64,000 nucleotides of DNA from an uncultured Clostridia bacterium (GCA_944383915.1 CALWRJ010000023.1:10274-74273), one strand, 5' to 3'; positions 35,350 through 45,542 are shown, counted from the first letter of the stretch. Notes: generated by a model from the letters alone, not told the origin. Made by a program: numbers and translations.

Positions 35350-37431
35350 CTAACTGCTAATTCTCGCGGAGCGAGTAAGATTCTTTGTTCTCTCGAATAT
35401 ATTTTTTAGTAAAAACTGTTCGTCCGCGTCAGTGTAACCGTTATAGTCCTCTAAATATTTAGGATTGTCAACCTTATCAAAATTATCTTGCAAAATTTTA
35501 TTAAAGTCGTTATAACCTGCCCCGACCGTGATTTTTTTGACGCGATAGTGCGTTTCATCGTTCATCGCTTTATCAAAGCCTACACACACGCGTTTTAAAC
35601 ACTCCACAATCTCATCTTGCAAAACTTTATCGGAGTTGATAATTTTTAAAACACGGCTTGGCACTTCGATGTTGTCTAACGTTACCTGCTTGCGCTTTTC
35701 GTCATACCACACCCACGCCTGCCCAAGTATTCTTTCCCCTTTTTTTATCACCAAAAAACCCGAATTTGCTCGCGTCATACCGTACTCCACGCACTCCTGC
35801 GCCGAATTTCCATAAGTTTGGCAACAGTTCGTTATGTCTCCGAGCACAGCGCCGAGCGGGTCATTTTTAGAAAGAAGTTCGTACGAAACCTTCGTTTTTT
35901 CGGTATCGGGAGCGCATTTAAGTGTTAACTCGTCATCGGGAATGCTAATTCCCTTTAAGTACCACTTTGAAATCGCGTCAAAATCGTCTTGCGAATAACC
36001 GTAATTTGCTAGTAAACTAGCGAGTTTTTCCGTTTTTTCGGTAACATTTTGGTAATTTACGCTTAACAAATAATCTCTTACCATTTTTGGAGTAAGGCGC
36101 TCGTTGTCTTGACGCGTAATTATCTTTTTATTAGGAAAATCTCTCAAAATTTTATTGAAGTTATCGTGCGCCCTGTACATTAAATTCACCCCGTCTTTCA
36201 CCATAAAATCAGGGTTTTCAGGGAAATACAGCATAAAAAACTGTGCAAATTCGTGATTGTATTTTTTGTTTTTAGAGTTGAAATCAAACATTTCGTGAAT
36301 TTGAGTTTCATTATAAACGCCAAGAATATGCTCTTTTATAAAATTTGTAGCAATGCTAGACTCTTTTCCGTCTCTACTAAACACCCCTAGCGCGTGCGCA
36401 AGCCCAAAAAGCGAAATTCGATTTACATCGTTTTGAATATTCGCAATTTTTGAGATTTCACGCCAATTTTTTTCGTTGTTATTGCAGTAAAATAAAGGAA
36501 TTTCAGATAAAAATAGGTTGTCTACAAGTGAATAGTGCGGAATAGTTTTATCGAGTTTTAGCCACTCGATTAGTGCTGGATAACTATCATAATTGCCGAT
36601 TAATTTATCTAAATTGTTCCATTTTGTCGCCTTGCTTTTGATAATCTCGTCATTTATTACCCTAAAATCGCCACTTAAATCATATATATAGCAGTTTCCT
36701 TTTCTATCTAAAAACATAGCGTTTGTGTTATTCGTTTCTAACCTTTTTAAACCGTCATTTTCGGTAAAAAAATGCACATTTTCGTATGCTCGAAGTTCGG
36801 TTACGCCGTTATAAACATCGGCAAGCGTATAAATCCCAATAGAAGTATGTTTAATGCTATCAAAATGGCTATTATGATATTTCCGCAAGCCGTTTGGCAA
36901 AAAAATGCTGTGAATATTTGTATTTGTAAGTGCTTCGCTTTCAATAAAAAGTAAATTGTCGTTTAATTTGATTTTTTGTAAACTTTCGCAACCGAAAAAA
37001 GCCCTAGCCATAATCATAAGCACATTTTTAGGACAAGCAAAACTTGATAGTGATTTGCACCCTTCAAAACAACTTTCGCCCAACTCGATTACTCCGTCCG
37101 CCGAAACAAACTCAACACTATTAAGGCTCTCGCACCCCATAAACGCACCAAAGGGAATGTTCTTTAAATTAGGACAATCAATTTTCACCCTTTTTAAACT
37201 TGTACACCCTAAAAAAGCGCACTCGCCAAACTCGGTTAAAGATTTTGGCAAGTCCACTTCCTCTAAATTTACAAAATCTTTAAAAGTCTCGCTTTTTATT
37301 CCCGAAAAATCATTAGGAAAATTAATTTTTCTAACACTTCTTTTGTCTAATCCTTCCAACTTCTCAGGCGACATCGTGCTGTCTTTTAGTATAAGCGTTC
37401 CGTCCGCCTGTAAAATATAATTCTCCGCCAA
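35350..37431 (-). CDS. LRR_5 (BspA-type leucine-rich repeat) protein with an uncharacterised Cys-rich C-terminal domain (693 aa)
   Basis: TTG start after GGAAGGAAGG. Clear LRR_5 units in the N-terminal 200 aa (ECAFLGCTSLKRV, FGAFMGCESLNSV, ESCFEGCKSLSS, RAFFGCESLQKI). The C-terminal domain carries DITNCCQTYGNSAQECVEYG...GQAWVWYD. No signal peptide. The last ~10 codons and the TAG stop lie in repeat-derived sequence. Confidence 0.7.
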   Translation of the reverse strand: MAENYILQADGTLILKDSTMSPEKLEGLDKRSVRKINFPNDFSGIKSETFKDFVNLEEVDLPKSLTEFGECAFLGCTSLKRVKIDCPNLKNIPFGAFMGCESLNSVEFVSADGVIELGESCFEGCKSLSSFACPKNVLMIMARAFFGCESLQKIKLNDNLLFIESEALTNTNIHSIFLPNGLRKYHNSHFDSIKHTSIGIYTLADVYNGVTELRAYENVHFFTENDGLKRLETNNTNAMFLDRKGNCYIYDLSGDFRVINDEIIKSKATKWNNLDKLIGNYDSYPALIEWLKLDKTIPHYSLVDNLFLSEIPLFYCNNNEKNWREISKIANIQNDVNRISLFGLAHALGVFSRDGKESSIATNFIKEHILGVYNETQIHEMFDFNSKNKKYNHEFAQFFMLYFPENPDFMVKDGVNLMYRAHDNFNKILRDFPNKKIITRQDNERLTPKMVRDYLLSVNYQNVTEKTEKLASLLANYGYSQDDFDAISKWYLKGISIPDDELTLKCAPDTEKTKVSYELLSKNDPLGAVLGDITNCCQTYGNSAQECVEYGMTRANSGFLVIKKGERILGQAWVWYDEKRKQVTLDNIEVPSRVLKIINSDKVLQDEIVECLKRVCVGFDKAMNDETHYRVKKITVGAGYNDFNKILQDNFDKVDNPKYLEDYNGYTDADEQFLLKNIFERTKNLTRSARISS

Positions 37432-37574
37432 AATAACCTTCCTTCCTTTTCAATAAGGGACAACTTGCCAGTCTGCTTTGCTTTAATTTAGAATTATAAT
37501 AAATTCCATTAAAATAGCCCCTTATAATTCGTCTAGCAGATTATACACCAAAAAGCATGAAAATGCAAGACTAT

Positions 37575-37959
37575 GGCGCGAGCGCGAATTTAAACTTCAC
37601 GCTTCGCTCAAATTTTGAATTGCGAATTTTGAATTTTGAATTATTGCTGGGTATATTATTTAATTTAGATAATATACTCCGTAATTCCTAATTAAACAAT
37701 AGTGTGAGAGTAAAACTCTCAAAGTATGTATTTTTTTAAAAAATAAATTTAGATATTTCAAAATTTCTAAAAGCGGAGAAATTATAAAAACCGTATAAGT
37801 AGCAAGAAATTTTGTCCTTAATTCAAAATTCAAAATTAAGCAAAGCGCTAAGCCTTAATTCCTAATTACTAATTCCTAATTCCTAATTTGCGCTATGCGC
37901 ATAGGCTTGCGCGCACGCGCACATTAATTCCTAATTTCTAATTCCTAATTACTAATTAA
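37575..37959. repeat. mosaic intergenic element L8
   Basis: TTGAATT arrays. GAGAGTAAAACTCTC module (37706-37720). Fold-back module CAAAATTTCT...AGAAATTTTG (37759-37814). AATTCAA and CCTAATT arrays. Junction GCATAGGCTTGCGCGCACGCGC. Confidence 0.9.
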
Positions 37960-37981
37960 TTTAAAGCGCCTGCGCTTTAAA
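37960..37981 (-). terminator. terminator hairpin at the topoisomerase A-subunit stop
   Basis: TTTAAAGCGC-CT-GCGCTTTAAA, overlapping the stop codon at 37977-37979. Confidence 0.6.
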
Positions 37982-40445
37982 TTTTATTGACAAACCCTTC
38001 TGTTATTGGCGTTTCGACTTTGTTTAGTGGCGCGCCCTTCTTTTCGCGCGGGATAATCTCGATTTTTTCACTATTTATGCCGACATTTTCCATTTTTGTT
38101 TTAAGAATAACATCGACAGGATTTGTAATGCAAGTTGCAAAGATGATTTTATCCTCTTTATTTAATAGAATTGAGCGCACACCCTTACGATACCTAGGAA
38201 GTTTGTCGATTTTTGCGAGAATTACGCGTTTTGCGACACCATTTTCGGTAACGATGACCATTTCGCCCTCGTCTGAAGCGAGCCCAGCGAACACACAGTA
38301 ATCGCCGTCATAGAGGCTAACACCTTTAACACCGCCCGAAATACGCCCTTGAAGTGGAATATCGTCTTTCGTTGCAAAAAGGACTTGTCCGTACGCAGTT
38401 GCAAAAATCATATCGTTGCCCTCGGTATCAAATTCGACATCGATAACAGTATCATCGTCCTTAATTTTAACCGCCTGAATATAACTTTTCACCGCGTTAT
38501 ACTCTTTAAATGCAGTTTTCTTTACCATACCGCCACGCGTAAAGAATAGCAAATTGCGGTTGTCGTCCTCGCTAAATTCGGCTGGAATTAGCGCGACAAT
38601 TTTTTCGTCCATTCCAAAATCGTGGAAAATCTCGCGGGGCGAAGTTCCTTTGTCGCGGAATTTGTTCGGCTTTAAATCGGACACATTAAAGCGGATACAG
38701 TATCCCGCGCTCGTGAACGCCAAAATGTCCGCATCGGACTTTGTGTGTAGTAGTATCGTATGCACTTGCGACAGGCTTCCGCCGTTCTTAAACTCTTTAC
38801 TTGCGCCACTAAAAGTCTTGCTTTCAAAGAGTTTGAGATTGCCTTCGGCAGTTACGCCTAATACTACAGGCACTGCCACATCGACCTTAACTGTTTCGAC
38901 TTCAACTTCGTCCATTTTGTCTATAATTTGAGTACGGCGCGGGTTTTTGTATCTCTTTTTAATGTCCAAAATCTCGTCTTTAACAGTTTGGTATTGAAGC
39001 GCGGTGCTTTTTACTATGGCTGTTAATTTATCTATTAAAATTTTTAGTTCTTTGAGTTCGTCCGTAATCTTGTTTACTTCAAGGTGCGTTAGTCTTGCTA
39101 GACGCAAATCAAGAATCGCCTGCGCCTGCCTTTCGGACAAGACAAAACGCTCTTTAAGTTTCATTTTTGCATCGGCAGTTGATACCGATTTTTTAATGAT
39201 TTTAACGACTTCGTCAATATTTTTTATAGCAATAAGCAAGCCTTCTAAAATGTGGCTACGCTCTTTTGCAACTTCGAGGTCATACTTGCTCCTACGCAAG
39301 ATAACTTCGCGCTGGTACTCGACATAATAACTAATGATTTCCATTAAACCAAGAGTTTTTGGCTTTCCGCCCGCGATTGCGACCATATTTATAGCAAAAG
39401 AACACTTCATATCCGTGCTTTTTAGCAAGTTGTCTATGATTGCGTTTACATTGCCTTCTTTTTTAATAGTGATGACCGCGCGCATACCATTTCTATCGGA
39501 CTCGTCACGGACTTCGGATATAAATGAGAGCGGTCCGCCGTTCTTTTCCTCGCTAAGTTCTACGATATTTTGTAATAGTTTTGCCTTGTTTACCTGGTAC
39601 GGAAGTTCGGTAATAACTATATTTTTCTTGTCGTTCTTGCCTTCCTCGATGTGATACTTTGCGTACATAATAATTTTGCCCTTCCCTGTTTCGTACGCCT
39701 TAGCAAGTTCGTCAATAGTCATAAGCGCGCCCGTTGGGAAGTCTGGACCTTTAATGATTTTCATCATTTGCTTTAAAGTGATTTTAGGGTTATCTATGTA
39801 GGCAACGACACCGTCAATTACTTCTGCCAAATTGTGTGGCGGAATGTTTGTAGCAAGTCCAACGGCAATTCCACTTGCGCCGTTTACGAGCAAATTTGGA
39901 AAACGCCCGGGGAGCATATCGGGCTCTTTTGTCGTGTCGTCAAAGTTTAGGCTCCACTTTACCGTGTCTTTGTCCAAATCTCGCAAAAGTTCGAGCGCAA
40001 GCGGAGCAAGGCGCGCCTCGGTATAACGCATTGCAGCGGCGGAGTCCCCGTCATTACTACCAAAGTTTCCGTGCCCCTGCACCAAAATCTCGCGCATATT
40101 GTGCGGTTGTGCCATACGGACCATTGCGTCATAAACCGATGTATCGCCGTGCGGGTGGTACTTACCTAGGCATTCACCGACAATTCTCGCAGACTTACGG
40201 AACGGCTTATCAGGGTCGAGCCCCAAGTCCATCATCGCGTACAAAATTCGGCGTTGCACGGGTTTTAGTCCGTCCTCGACACGCGGAAGCGCGCGGTCAA
40301 GAATTACAAACTCGCTGTATGGAATCATACTATTGTGGAGCACTTCGTCCATATCGCACTCAATTATTCCGCCAGACTCGGCAACCTCGCCCGTATTTAA
40401 CTTTTTGTCTTTTAATTCTTTGTTTTTATCATTTTCTTTTTTCAT
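37977..40445 (-). CDS. type IIA topoisomerase subunit A (GyrA/ParC family; probably topoisomerase IV ParC-like)
   Basis: Motifs [20 protein letters not shown] and [10 protein letters not shown] (catalytic Tyr region). I found no GyrA-box (QRRGGKG) in the C-terminal domain, and there is no dnaA/dnaN/recF context. Confidence 0.85.
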   Translation of the reverse strand: MKKENDKNKELKDKKLNTGEVAESGGIIECDMDEVLHNSMIPYSEFVILDRALPRVEDGLKPVQRRILYAMMDLGLDPDKPFRKSARIVGECLGKYHPHGDTSVYDAMVRMAQPHNMREILVQGHGNFGSNDGDSAAAMRYTEARLAPLALELLRDLDKDTVKWSLNFDDTTKEPDMLPGRFPNLLVNGASGIAVGLATNIPPHNLAEVIDGVVAYIDNPKITLKQMMKIIKGPDFPTGALMTIDELAKAYETGKGKIIMYAKYHIEEGKNDKKNIVITELPYQVNKAKLLQNIVELSEEKNGGPLSFISEVRDESDRNGMRAVITIKKEGNVNAIIDNLLKSTDMKCSFAINMVAIAGGKPKTLGLMEIISYYVEYQREVILRRSKYDLEVAKERSHILEGLLIAIKNIDEVVKIIKKSVSTADAKMKLKERFVLSERQAQAILDLRLARLTHLEVNKITDELKELKILIDKLTAIVKSTALQYQTVKDEILDIKKRYKNPRRTQIIDKMDEVEVETVKVDVAVPVVLGVTAEGNLKLFESKTFSGASKEFKNGGSLSQVHTILLHTKSDADILAFTSAGYCIRFNVSDLKPNKFRDKGTSPREIFHDFGMDEKIVALIPAEFSEDDNRNLLFFTRGGMVKKTAFKEYNAVKSYIQAVKIKDDDTVIDVEFDTEGNDMIFATAYGQVLFATKDDIPLQGRISGGVKGVSLYDGDYCVFAGLASDEGEMVIVTENGVAKRVILAKIDKLPRYRKGVRSILLNKEDKIIFATCITNPVDVILKTKMENVGINSEKIEIIPREKKGAPLNKVETPITEGFVNKI

Positions 40446-40542
40446 AAAAATTTACCTTAAAGTTTTTTGTTTTTGGTATTTTAATTTGTTTGCTTTGTTA
40501 TTTGTTTTTTTATTTTTATTTGCTTTGTTATTTGTACTTTTT

Positions 40543-40938
40543 GGCGAAAAGATTTTTGACTTCGCAAAAAACATTTTCGCACATAAAACAAAATTTTTAA
40601 ATTTTCATCCTTAATTCCTAAATCCTAATTCCTAATTATATGCACTCCGTGCGGGGCGGGGATAGAGCCCCCGCTGGCTCAATATGCCTACGGCGAGTAC
40701 TTTTACTATATCAAATCTATCCTGTTTGCACTTATCGAATATTTATTGTAAAAAGGATTTATATTTCTAATTATTATTAAAAGGATTTTTATCCTTAATT
40801 CCTAATTTTCTAATTACTAATTTAAGCGTAGCCGAATGGCGAAGCGTAAAGCCTTAATTACTAATTTCTAATTACTAATTACTAATTTGGAAGGTTTCCT
40901 TCCGCAATCCCTAAGTCCTAATTCCTAATTCCTAATTC
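40543..40938. repeat. mosaic element L9 between the topoisomerase B and A subunit genes
   Basis: GCGAAAA hairpins. CCTAATT arrays. GC cassette at 40642-40700. Junction TAAGCGTAGCCGAATGGCGAAGCGTAAAGCC. ACTAATT arrays. GGAAGGTTTCCTTCC. Preceded by an ~80-nt T/G-rich tract. Confidence 0.9.
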
Positions 40939-40959
40939 ATTTTGAACTGCGATCAAAAT
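40939..40959 (-). terminator. short AT-rich hairpin just after the B-subunit stop
   Basis: ATTTTGA-ACTGCGA-TCAAAAT. Confidence 0.35.
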
Positions 40960-42918
40960 TTAATGTGGCTCAAAATTATCCACCTTATTAAAGTTTGCGT
41001 GCTCTGTAATATACGCCTTTCTAGCCTCAATATTGTCCCCCATAAGCGTTGTAATCATAAGTTCGGCATTCGCAGCGTCCTCCAAGGTTACGCGCATTAG
41101 CGAACGCGTTTTCGGGTCCATAGTCGTATCCCACAACTGCTCGGGGTTCATTTCACCCAAACCTTTATAGCGCTGAATTTGATAACCTTTCCCCACGCGC
41201 TCTAAAACCTCTGGCAACTCGGCATCACTATACACATATTCGACATAATCGCGTTTTTGCACGCGGTAAAGTGGCGGAAGTCCAATGTAGACATTGCCAT
41301 TTAGCACGAGTTCTTTCATATACCTAAAAAAGAATGTTAGAAGTATCGCTCGAATGTGCGCACCGTCTTGGTCGGCATCACTTAAAATGATAACCTTATG
41401 ATATTTTAAGTTTGTCAAATTAAAGTCCTCGCCGATACCTGTACCGAGTGCGCTAATAATTGTGCGAATTTCCTCGTTGGCTAGCACCTGCGCAAGCCTT
41501 TTTTTCTCGGCATTAAGTGGTTTTCCGCGAAGTGGCAAAATCGCCTGGAATGACCTATCTCGCGCCATTTTTGCGCTCCCGCCTGCCGAATCACCCTCCA
41601 CGATAAACAATTCATTTAGTTCGGGCTTTTTCCCAGAACAACTGCTCAATTTCCCTACAAGGTTGCTATTTTCAATACTGTTTTTCGCGCGCGTAATCTC
41701 TTTTGCCTTGCGCGCAGCCTCACGCACTTTCGCCGCGTTCTTTGCTTTGTTAATCGCAAGTTCTAAAACGCTCTTGTTCGCGCCCTTATCAAAATATTCC
41801 ATCAACTTTTGGTAGCACAGCGCCTCGACTTCGGGCTTGATTTCGGTATTTCCAAGTTTCGTCTTTGTCTGCCCTTCAAATTGCACATTCCTAGCCTTAA
41901 TCGCAAGCACGGTGGTTAGCCCTTCGCGGAAGTCCTCGGCAGTTAGCGTAATATCTTTATCTTTTATTAGATTGTTGCGCTTGCCAAGGTCGGTGAATGC
42001 GCGCGTAATCGCACTTTTGAGCCCTGCCTCGTGAGTTCCGCCCTCGCTTGTTGGAATATTGTTTACATAACTAAAAGTATTTTCAACATAACCGTTCGTG
42101 TACTGCATCGCGCAAGCCACTTTTACTAAATCACTGCTCGCTTCAAAGTAAATCGGTGTTTGGTGCTCAACGGACTTGTTTTCATTTAAGTATTTAACAA
42201 AATCACTAAGTCCGCCGTCATACTTAAATTCGAGAGTGAACGGTTCGCCGTTTTCGAGTTTGCGCTCGTCTACTAAAATAATGCGTATTCCTTTATTTAA
42301 AAATGCAATCTCACGAAGTCTACGCGATACCGTGTCCAAATCAAAAACGATATCCTCAAAAACGCGGTCGTCTGGCATAAAGCGAACAAGCGTACCTGTT
42401 CTATCGGTTTTGCCCACCTTTTTAAGCGGAGCAACAGGAACACCACTTTTTATTTTATTGCCACTCCCCTTGCTCTCAAACTGCATCTCGTACTCGTATC
42501 CTTCACGGAAAACGGAAACAGTTAGCCAGCGAGAAAGCGCATTCGTTACCGATGCACCTACACCGTGTAGCCCGCCCGAGAACGAATAGTTTTCGTTGTT
42601 AAATTTTCCGCCCGCGTGCAACTGCGTAAACACAACCTCGACACCGCTCACTTTCATCTGCGGGTGAATGTCTACCGGTACTCCGCGCCCGTTGTCCTCG
42701 ACTTGCGCGCTTCCGTCCTCTTCAAGTGTAACTTTTATCGTATCGCCGTAACCGTTCGCGATTTCGTCTACCGAATTATCTACAATCTCCCATAACAGAT
42801 GATGAAGCCCTTTTGGACCTGTCGTACCAATGTACATACCAGGACGCATACGCACCGCGTCCAAGCCCTCCAATACTACAATATCTTTTGAATCATAACT
42901 TTTCGCCACAATAAACAC
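40960..42918 (-). CDS. type IIA topoisomerase subunit B (GyrB/ParE family; probably ParE-like)
   Basis: GHKL ATPase motifs (LHHLLWEIVDNSVDE, GGLHGVG) and Toprim motifs (EGDSAGG, DADQDGAHI). Alternative GTG start at 42909, 8 nt after AAAGGGG. Confidence 0.85.
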   Translation of the reverse strand: MFIVAKSYDSKDIVVLEGLDAVRMRPGMYIGTTGPKGLHHLLWEIVDNSVDEIANGYGDTIKVTLEEDGSAQVEDNGRGVPVDIHPQMKVSGVEVVFTQLHAGGKFNNENYSFSGGLHGVGASVTNALSRWLTVSVFREGYEYEMQFESKGSGNKIKSGVPVAPLKKVGKTDRTGTLVRFMPDDRVFEDIVFDLDTVSRRLREIAFLNKGIRIILVDERKLENGEPFTLEFKYDGGLSDFVKYLNENKSVEHQTPIYFEASSDLVKVACAMQYTNGYVENTFSYVNNIPTSEGGTHEAGLKSAITRAFTDLGKRNNLIKDKDITLTAEDFREGLTTVLAIKARNVQFEGQTKTKLGNTEIKPEVEALCYQKLMEYFDKGANKSVLELAINKAKNAAKVREAARKAKEITRAKNSIENSNLVGKLSSCSGKKPELNELFIVEGDSAGGSAKMARDRSFQAILPLRGKPLNAEKKRLAQVLANEEIRTIISALGTGIGEDFNLTNLKYHKVIILSDADQDGAHIRAILLTFFFRYMKELVLNGNVYIGLPPLYRVQKRDYVEYVYSDAELPEVLERVGKGYQIQRYKGLGEMNPEQLWDTTMDPKTRSLMRVTLEDAANAELMITTLMGDNIEARKAYITEHANFNKVDNFEPH

Positions 42919-42952
42919 CCCTTTATGTTATTTTGGACAAAGTCCAAAATAA

Positions 42953-43427
42953 AATTAGCAATGAGCAATTAGCAGTTAGCAGTTAAGGATGAAATTTATA
43001 TTTTATCCTATTTATTGCTTACTAACTCGTTTTAATTTTACTTGCTACACAAGAATTAGCAATTAGCAAAGAATGAAGGAAATTTATCTAATTAATATCT
43101 TTAAATAATTCCCAGAATATTTACTAATGCCTAATCACTCATTAAATAGAATAAAACTTTCCAACTGCGCAACATAAATTAGCAATGCTTAATTTAAATA
43201 TTACCTTATTGTTGACTTTTTGCTTTGTCACCTTCGCTTTAAATTTTGAATTAGGAATTTTGCCTTGGAGTATGCAACGCATACGGAAAGCCAGACGATA
43301 GTTAGAGTAATTGTCAAAGTGAACGGCTTACGGCTGAACTTTGAATTAAGGAGTTATTTTCAAAAGTAATTTTATATTTAGAAAATTCCTTCCTTAACTG
43401 CTAATTGCTAATTGCTAATTGCTAATT
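42953..43427. repeat. mosaic intergenic element L10
   Basis: AATTAGC-type arrays at 42953-42983 and about 43054-43068. 93-nt module copy 3 (43255-43347). (GCTAATT)x4 ending at 43427. The hairpin TTATTTTGGAC-AAA-GTCCAAAATAA (42928-42952) lies in the B-subunit leader. Confidence 0.85.
43255..43347 (+). repeat. conserved module, copy 3
   Basis: Same flanks as copies 1 and 2. The hairpin is changed to GTATGC-AAC-GCATAC. Confidence 0.8.
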
Positions 43428-43717
43428 TTATGAATTTTAATTCATAATCAGTTTGATTTTACCACAAATTTTCAAAAATAGAAAATTATTTTGCGCATAA
43501 ATTTCCACTTTTTCGCAGAATTTCACCCAAATCGCCCGTATTTTTGCCAAAAATATTATAATTATGCCTTATAATTTTTTATTTTTTTCTAAAAAAAGCA
43601 CTATAATTAAAAAGTGATAAACTGTTAAAAAGCATAGTTTTTTCTACTTATCATAATTTACTTATAAAATTAAATTACTTGCATATAATATAATTATTAT
43701 TAAAGGGGGTAAAGAGT

Positions 43718-44785
43718 ATGGCGAGCAACACGATTGTTTTAACAGGGGGCGGAACGGCTGGGCATGTCGTGCCAAATTTAAATTTAATTCCCCTACTTCA
43801 AAAGAATTTTGATAGAATTGTATATATAGGAAGCGAAAACGGAATTGAGCGCGAAATGCTAAACGGGCTAAACGGCGTTGAGTACATTCCAATTCCAACC
43901 ACCAAACTTCGCCGAAGTTTAGATATAAAAAACCTGCTAATTCCCTTCCAACTTGCGAAATCGAAAAAACTTGCCAAACGCGCGCTCCTTGCAAGCGACC
44001 CGTGCGTCATTTTTTCAAAAGGCGGATATGTAGGGCTTCCAGTCGCTCTCGCTTCGCGCAAACTAAAAATTCCCCTAATCACGCACGAAAGCGACTTTTC
44101 GTTAGGGCTTGCGAATAAAATCGCGAGCAAGTCCGCACGCGTTGTGCTAACGACATTCCCAGACACCGCGGACACGCTAAACAACGGGCTTTATGTTGGA
44201 CCGCCCTTAAAAAATAGCGAAATCACGCAAGCCGAGAAAAACCGCGTTCGCCAGATGTACAATATCGCTCTAAACCGACCGCTACTTTTAATAATCGGCG
44301 GAAGTTTAGGCGCGAAAAAACTAAACGAAACAATTTGGAGCGCGCTTGATTCCCTTTTAAAAACTCACCAAATCGTGCATATTACAGGCAAAAATAAGGG
44401 AAATAGCGAAATTAAACGCGAGGGCTACACCCAAATCGAGTTTACGAAATTTATGCCTGTGCTTCTTGAAATTTGCGATGTTGCAATCACGCGCGGTGGC
44501 TCAAATATGATATTCGAACTACTAAATAAATCAGTGCCGATGATAATTGTTCCGTTATCAAAAGGAAGCCGTGGCGACCAAGTCGAGAACGCGCTGTATT
44601 TTGAGAAAAAGGGCTACGCGCTCACCTTAATGGACGATGAATTAAACAAAAATACCCTGCTCCAAACTTTCCAAAATCTGCTTACTCGCGCCCCTATAAT
44701 GCGCGCAAATACGCAACACGCACTCCCCCACGATTCACTCCAAAAAATAGTGTCGCAGATTATGAAATACAAATTAAAAAATTGA
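43718..44785 (+). CDS. murG: undecaprenyldiphospho-muramoylpentapeptide beta-N-acetylglucosaminyltransferase
   Basis: GGGTAGHVVP N-terminal motif. GT28 architecture (ITGKNKG, RGGSNMIFELL). AAAGGGGG RBS. Confidence 0.85.
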   Translation: MASNTIVLTGGGTAGHVVPNLNLIPLLQKNFDRIVYIGSENGIEREMLNGLNGVEYIPIPTTKLRRSLDIKNLLIPFQLAKSKKLAKRALLASDPCVIFSKGGYVGLPVALASRKLKIPLITHESDFSLGLANKIASKSARVVLTTFPDTADTLNNGLYVGPPLKNSEITQAEKNRVRQMYNIALNRPLLLIIGGSLGAKKLNETIWSALDSLLKTHQIVHITGKNKGNSEIKREGYTQIEFTKFMPVLLEICDVAITRGGSNMIFELLNKSVPMIIVPLSKGSRGDQVENALYFEKKGYALTLMDDELNKNTLLQTFQNLLTRAPIMRANTQHALPHDSLQKIVSQIMKYKLKN

Positions 44786-44801
44786 AACCTTTCAATTTTT
44801 T
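44776..44801 (+). terminator. AT-rich hairpin at the murG stop
   Basis: AAAAAATTGAAA-CC-TTTCAATTTTTT, including the TGA at 44783-44785. Confidence 0.5.
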
Positions 44802-44883
44802 AATTTTAATTTTATTATTTTGCCACTTTTAGTTCTTGTTTTTTATTTTTGTTTTTATTTATTTTTGGTACTTTTTCTGCTTA

Positions 44884-45516
44884 AAAATTTCCGCTACGCG
44901 AAAACATTTAAGCAAAACAAACAAAATGCTTATTCGCTACGCTCAAATTAGCAATTAGCAGGTAGCAATTAGCAATTATGGAAGTTATTTTCTAAATAAT
45001 ATTTTAATTAATTCCCAGCCACAACTCCTAATTCCTAATTCCTAATTACTATTTATGTCCTACGCGGACAGCGGTGCGGTAGACCGCACAAGTCATTAGC
45101 GTATGCAAGCATACGCGAAAGTCCGTAAATTTTTAACTGTTGTTTTTATATTTACTTAATTTTAAACTTAAAGGCTATAATATATCAATATTTTTTAGAT
45201 ACTTTCAAAATTTCTAAAAGCGGAGTAAAATTAAATAAGTATAAGTAGCAAGAAATTTTGTCCGTAATTCAAAATTCAAAATTCAAAATTGCGCGAAGCG
45301 CTAAGCCTTAACTGCTACCTGCTAATTGCTAATTGCTAATTCGCGTGTAACGCGTAAGCCCCCGCTGGCTCAATAGCGAACAAAGTTCGCAAATAATTAA
45401 ATTACCCAGCAATAATTCAAAATTCCTAATTCAAAATTCAAAATTCGAGCGTCAGCAAGTAGGCTTGCGCGCTAGCGCCCCGTAATTCAAAATTCAAAAT
45501 TCAAAATTCAAAATTT
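44884..45516. repeat. mosaic intergenic element L11 (longest, about 630 bp)
   Basis: Order: GCGAAAA module; CTTATTCGCTACGCTC; AATTAGC array; AT linker; CCTAATT array; GC cassette 45057-45130; fold-back module 45206-45260; AATTCAA array; GCGCGAAGCGCTAAGCC; GCTAATT array; GC cassette 45342-45390; AATTCAA arrays flanking GTAGGCTTGCGCGCTAGCGCC. Confidence 0.9.
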
Positions 45517-45542
45517 AAAAAAGGCACTTCTGTGCCTTTTTT
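45517..45542 (-). terminator. bidirectional rho-independent terminator at the fba stop
   Basis: AAAAAAGGCAC-TTCT-GTGCCTTTTTT. Confidence 0.7.

Larger units (their letters stand above)
34810..35362. repeat. mosaic intergenic element L7
   Basis: Two copies of the 93-nt module (34824-34916 and 35181-35276). AATTAGG/AATTAGT/AATTAGC arrays. GGAAGGAAACCTTCC. Junction GTGCGCGTGCGCGCGAAGC. The GCTAATT array at the right end supplies the stop of the LRR gene. Confidence 0.9.
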
